Assembly: GCA_026707735.1 (NCBI GenBank)
Contig: JAPOWH010000012.1
Location: 77,990-141,989, forward strand
Origin: Gammaproteobacteria bacterium
GTDB lineage: Bacteria > Pseudomonadota > Gammaproteobacteria > Pseudomonadales > Azotimanducaceae
Direction: 5' to 3'
Length of the DNA stretch: 64,000 bases
The translations under genes were made by a program, and so were the position numbers. Positions 63,710 to 64,000 of this stretch are shown here, piece by piece. Position 1 is the stretch's first letter. Each line of letters opens with the position of its first letter. The notes below the pieces were generated by a model that saw nothing but the letters and a program-made list of their open reading frames with translations, was not told where the DNA came from and did no database searches.

Positions 63710-64000
63710 ATGTACCGCATTTTGCGATCCAGCCTCATGCCGTTAGGTGTGATCCTGAGTTTTGGCTTGAGTGCCGAAACGACGACTTTAGAAGACCTTT
63801 TCGCTGAACCGATCATTGAGAAAATGCTAGTTTCGCCCGACGGCAAGCACTTGGTCGGGGTCGGACCCTATGCCTTCCAATTCATGGACGCCGACACTCT
63901 GCAAATGACCTCGAAGCGCATTTCTGTGGATTTGCGTGCCAGAGAGAGCATGATGGACCTTGTTTGGGTCAATGATGAGCGCGTCCTCTATACCGTTGAC
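63710..64000 (+). CDS. Secreted protein, N-terminal fragment (possibly a peptidase beta-propeller N-domain); runs off the window end
   Basis: ATG at 63710 follows AGGGGAG. Has a signal peptide (MYRILRSSLMPLGVILSFGLSA). The frame stays open for 97 codons to nt 64000. It is absent from the ORF track because no stop codon is reached. Confidence 0.45.
   Translation, partial: MYRILRSSLMPLGVILSFGLSAETTTLEDLFAEPIIEKMLVSPDGKHLVGVGPYAFQFMDADTLQMTSKRISVDLRARESMMDLVWVNDERVLYTVD

Noticed and set aside
1-64000. Searched by eye for CRISPR arrays, rRNA genes, IS elements/transposases, integrases, phage structural genes and toxin-antitoxin pairs
   Set aside because: No regularly spaced direct repeats were seen. 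No rRNA-like conserved stretches were seen. No ORFs showed DDE transposase, tyrosine recombinase or serine recombinase signatures.

Overview
All calls come from reading the ORF track and the sequence; no homology search or computation was run. Product names are motif and architecture recognitions, and many start codons are approximate.

The window is a compact, almost fully coding stretch of bacterial chromosome, roughly 50% GC by eye. It looks gammaproteobacterial. The tRNA-Glu is nearly identical to the E. coli type, and the order topA-lexA...hpt-mtiP-(CsiV-like)-mfd...gap recalls, from memory, the Pseudomonas aeruginosa PA3011-PA3001 neighbourhood.

I call about 55 protein genes and 1 tRNA. 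I saw no rRNA, CRISPR array, transposase, integrase or phage structural genes.

Recognisable content:
- **Left-end array:** a co-directional hydrolase/oxidoreductase array containing folE.
- **Methylation module:** a small C5-methyltransferase / putative nuclease / Vsr module next to ppk2.
- **Bat operon:** a six-gene MoxR-DUF58-DUF4381-VWA-VWA/TPR-BatD operon.
- **Housekeeping genes:** pyrD, amt, ddl, slt, topA, lexA, mfd and gap.
- **Redox cluster:** a korC-korA-korB 2-oxoacid oxidoreductase cluster.
- **Other genes:** a Rieske oxygenase, an RPH-architecture PEP-utilising enzyme, a TPR/FG-GAP/ASPIC giant protein, a secreted 4x EF-hand protein, and a DUF3526-type ABC transporter.

I could not identify an unambiguous new multi-gene system. 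The best candidates for a second look are:
1. A GrdB/PrdB-family reductase interrupted by an in-frame TGA in a U-x-x-C context, with a SECIS-like hairpin. It is probably a selenoprotein that was split into two ORFs.
2. The methyltransferase + unassigned 207-aa ORF + Vsr module, in which the middle gene matches no restriction-enzyme family I recognise.
3. The korCAB/Rieske/RPH-like block lying between mfd and gap.
4. A lexA promoter whose overlapping palindrome has non-canonical spacing.
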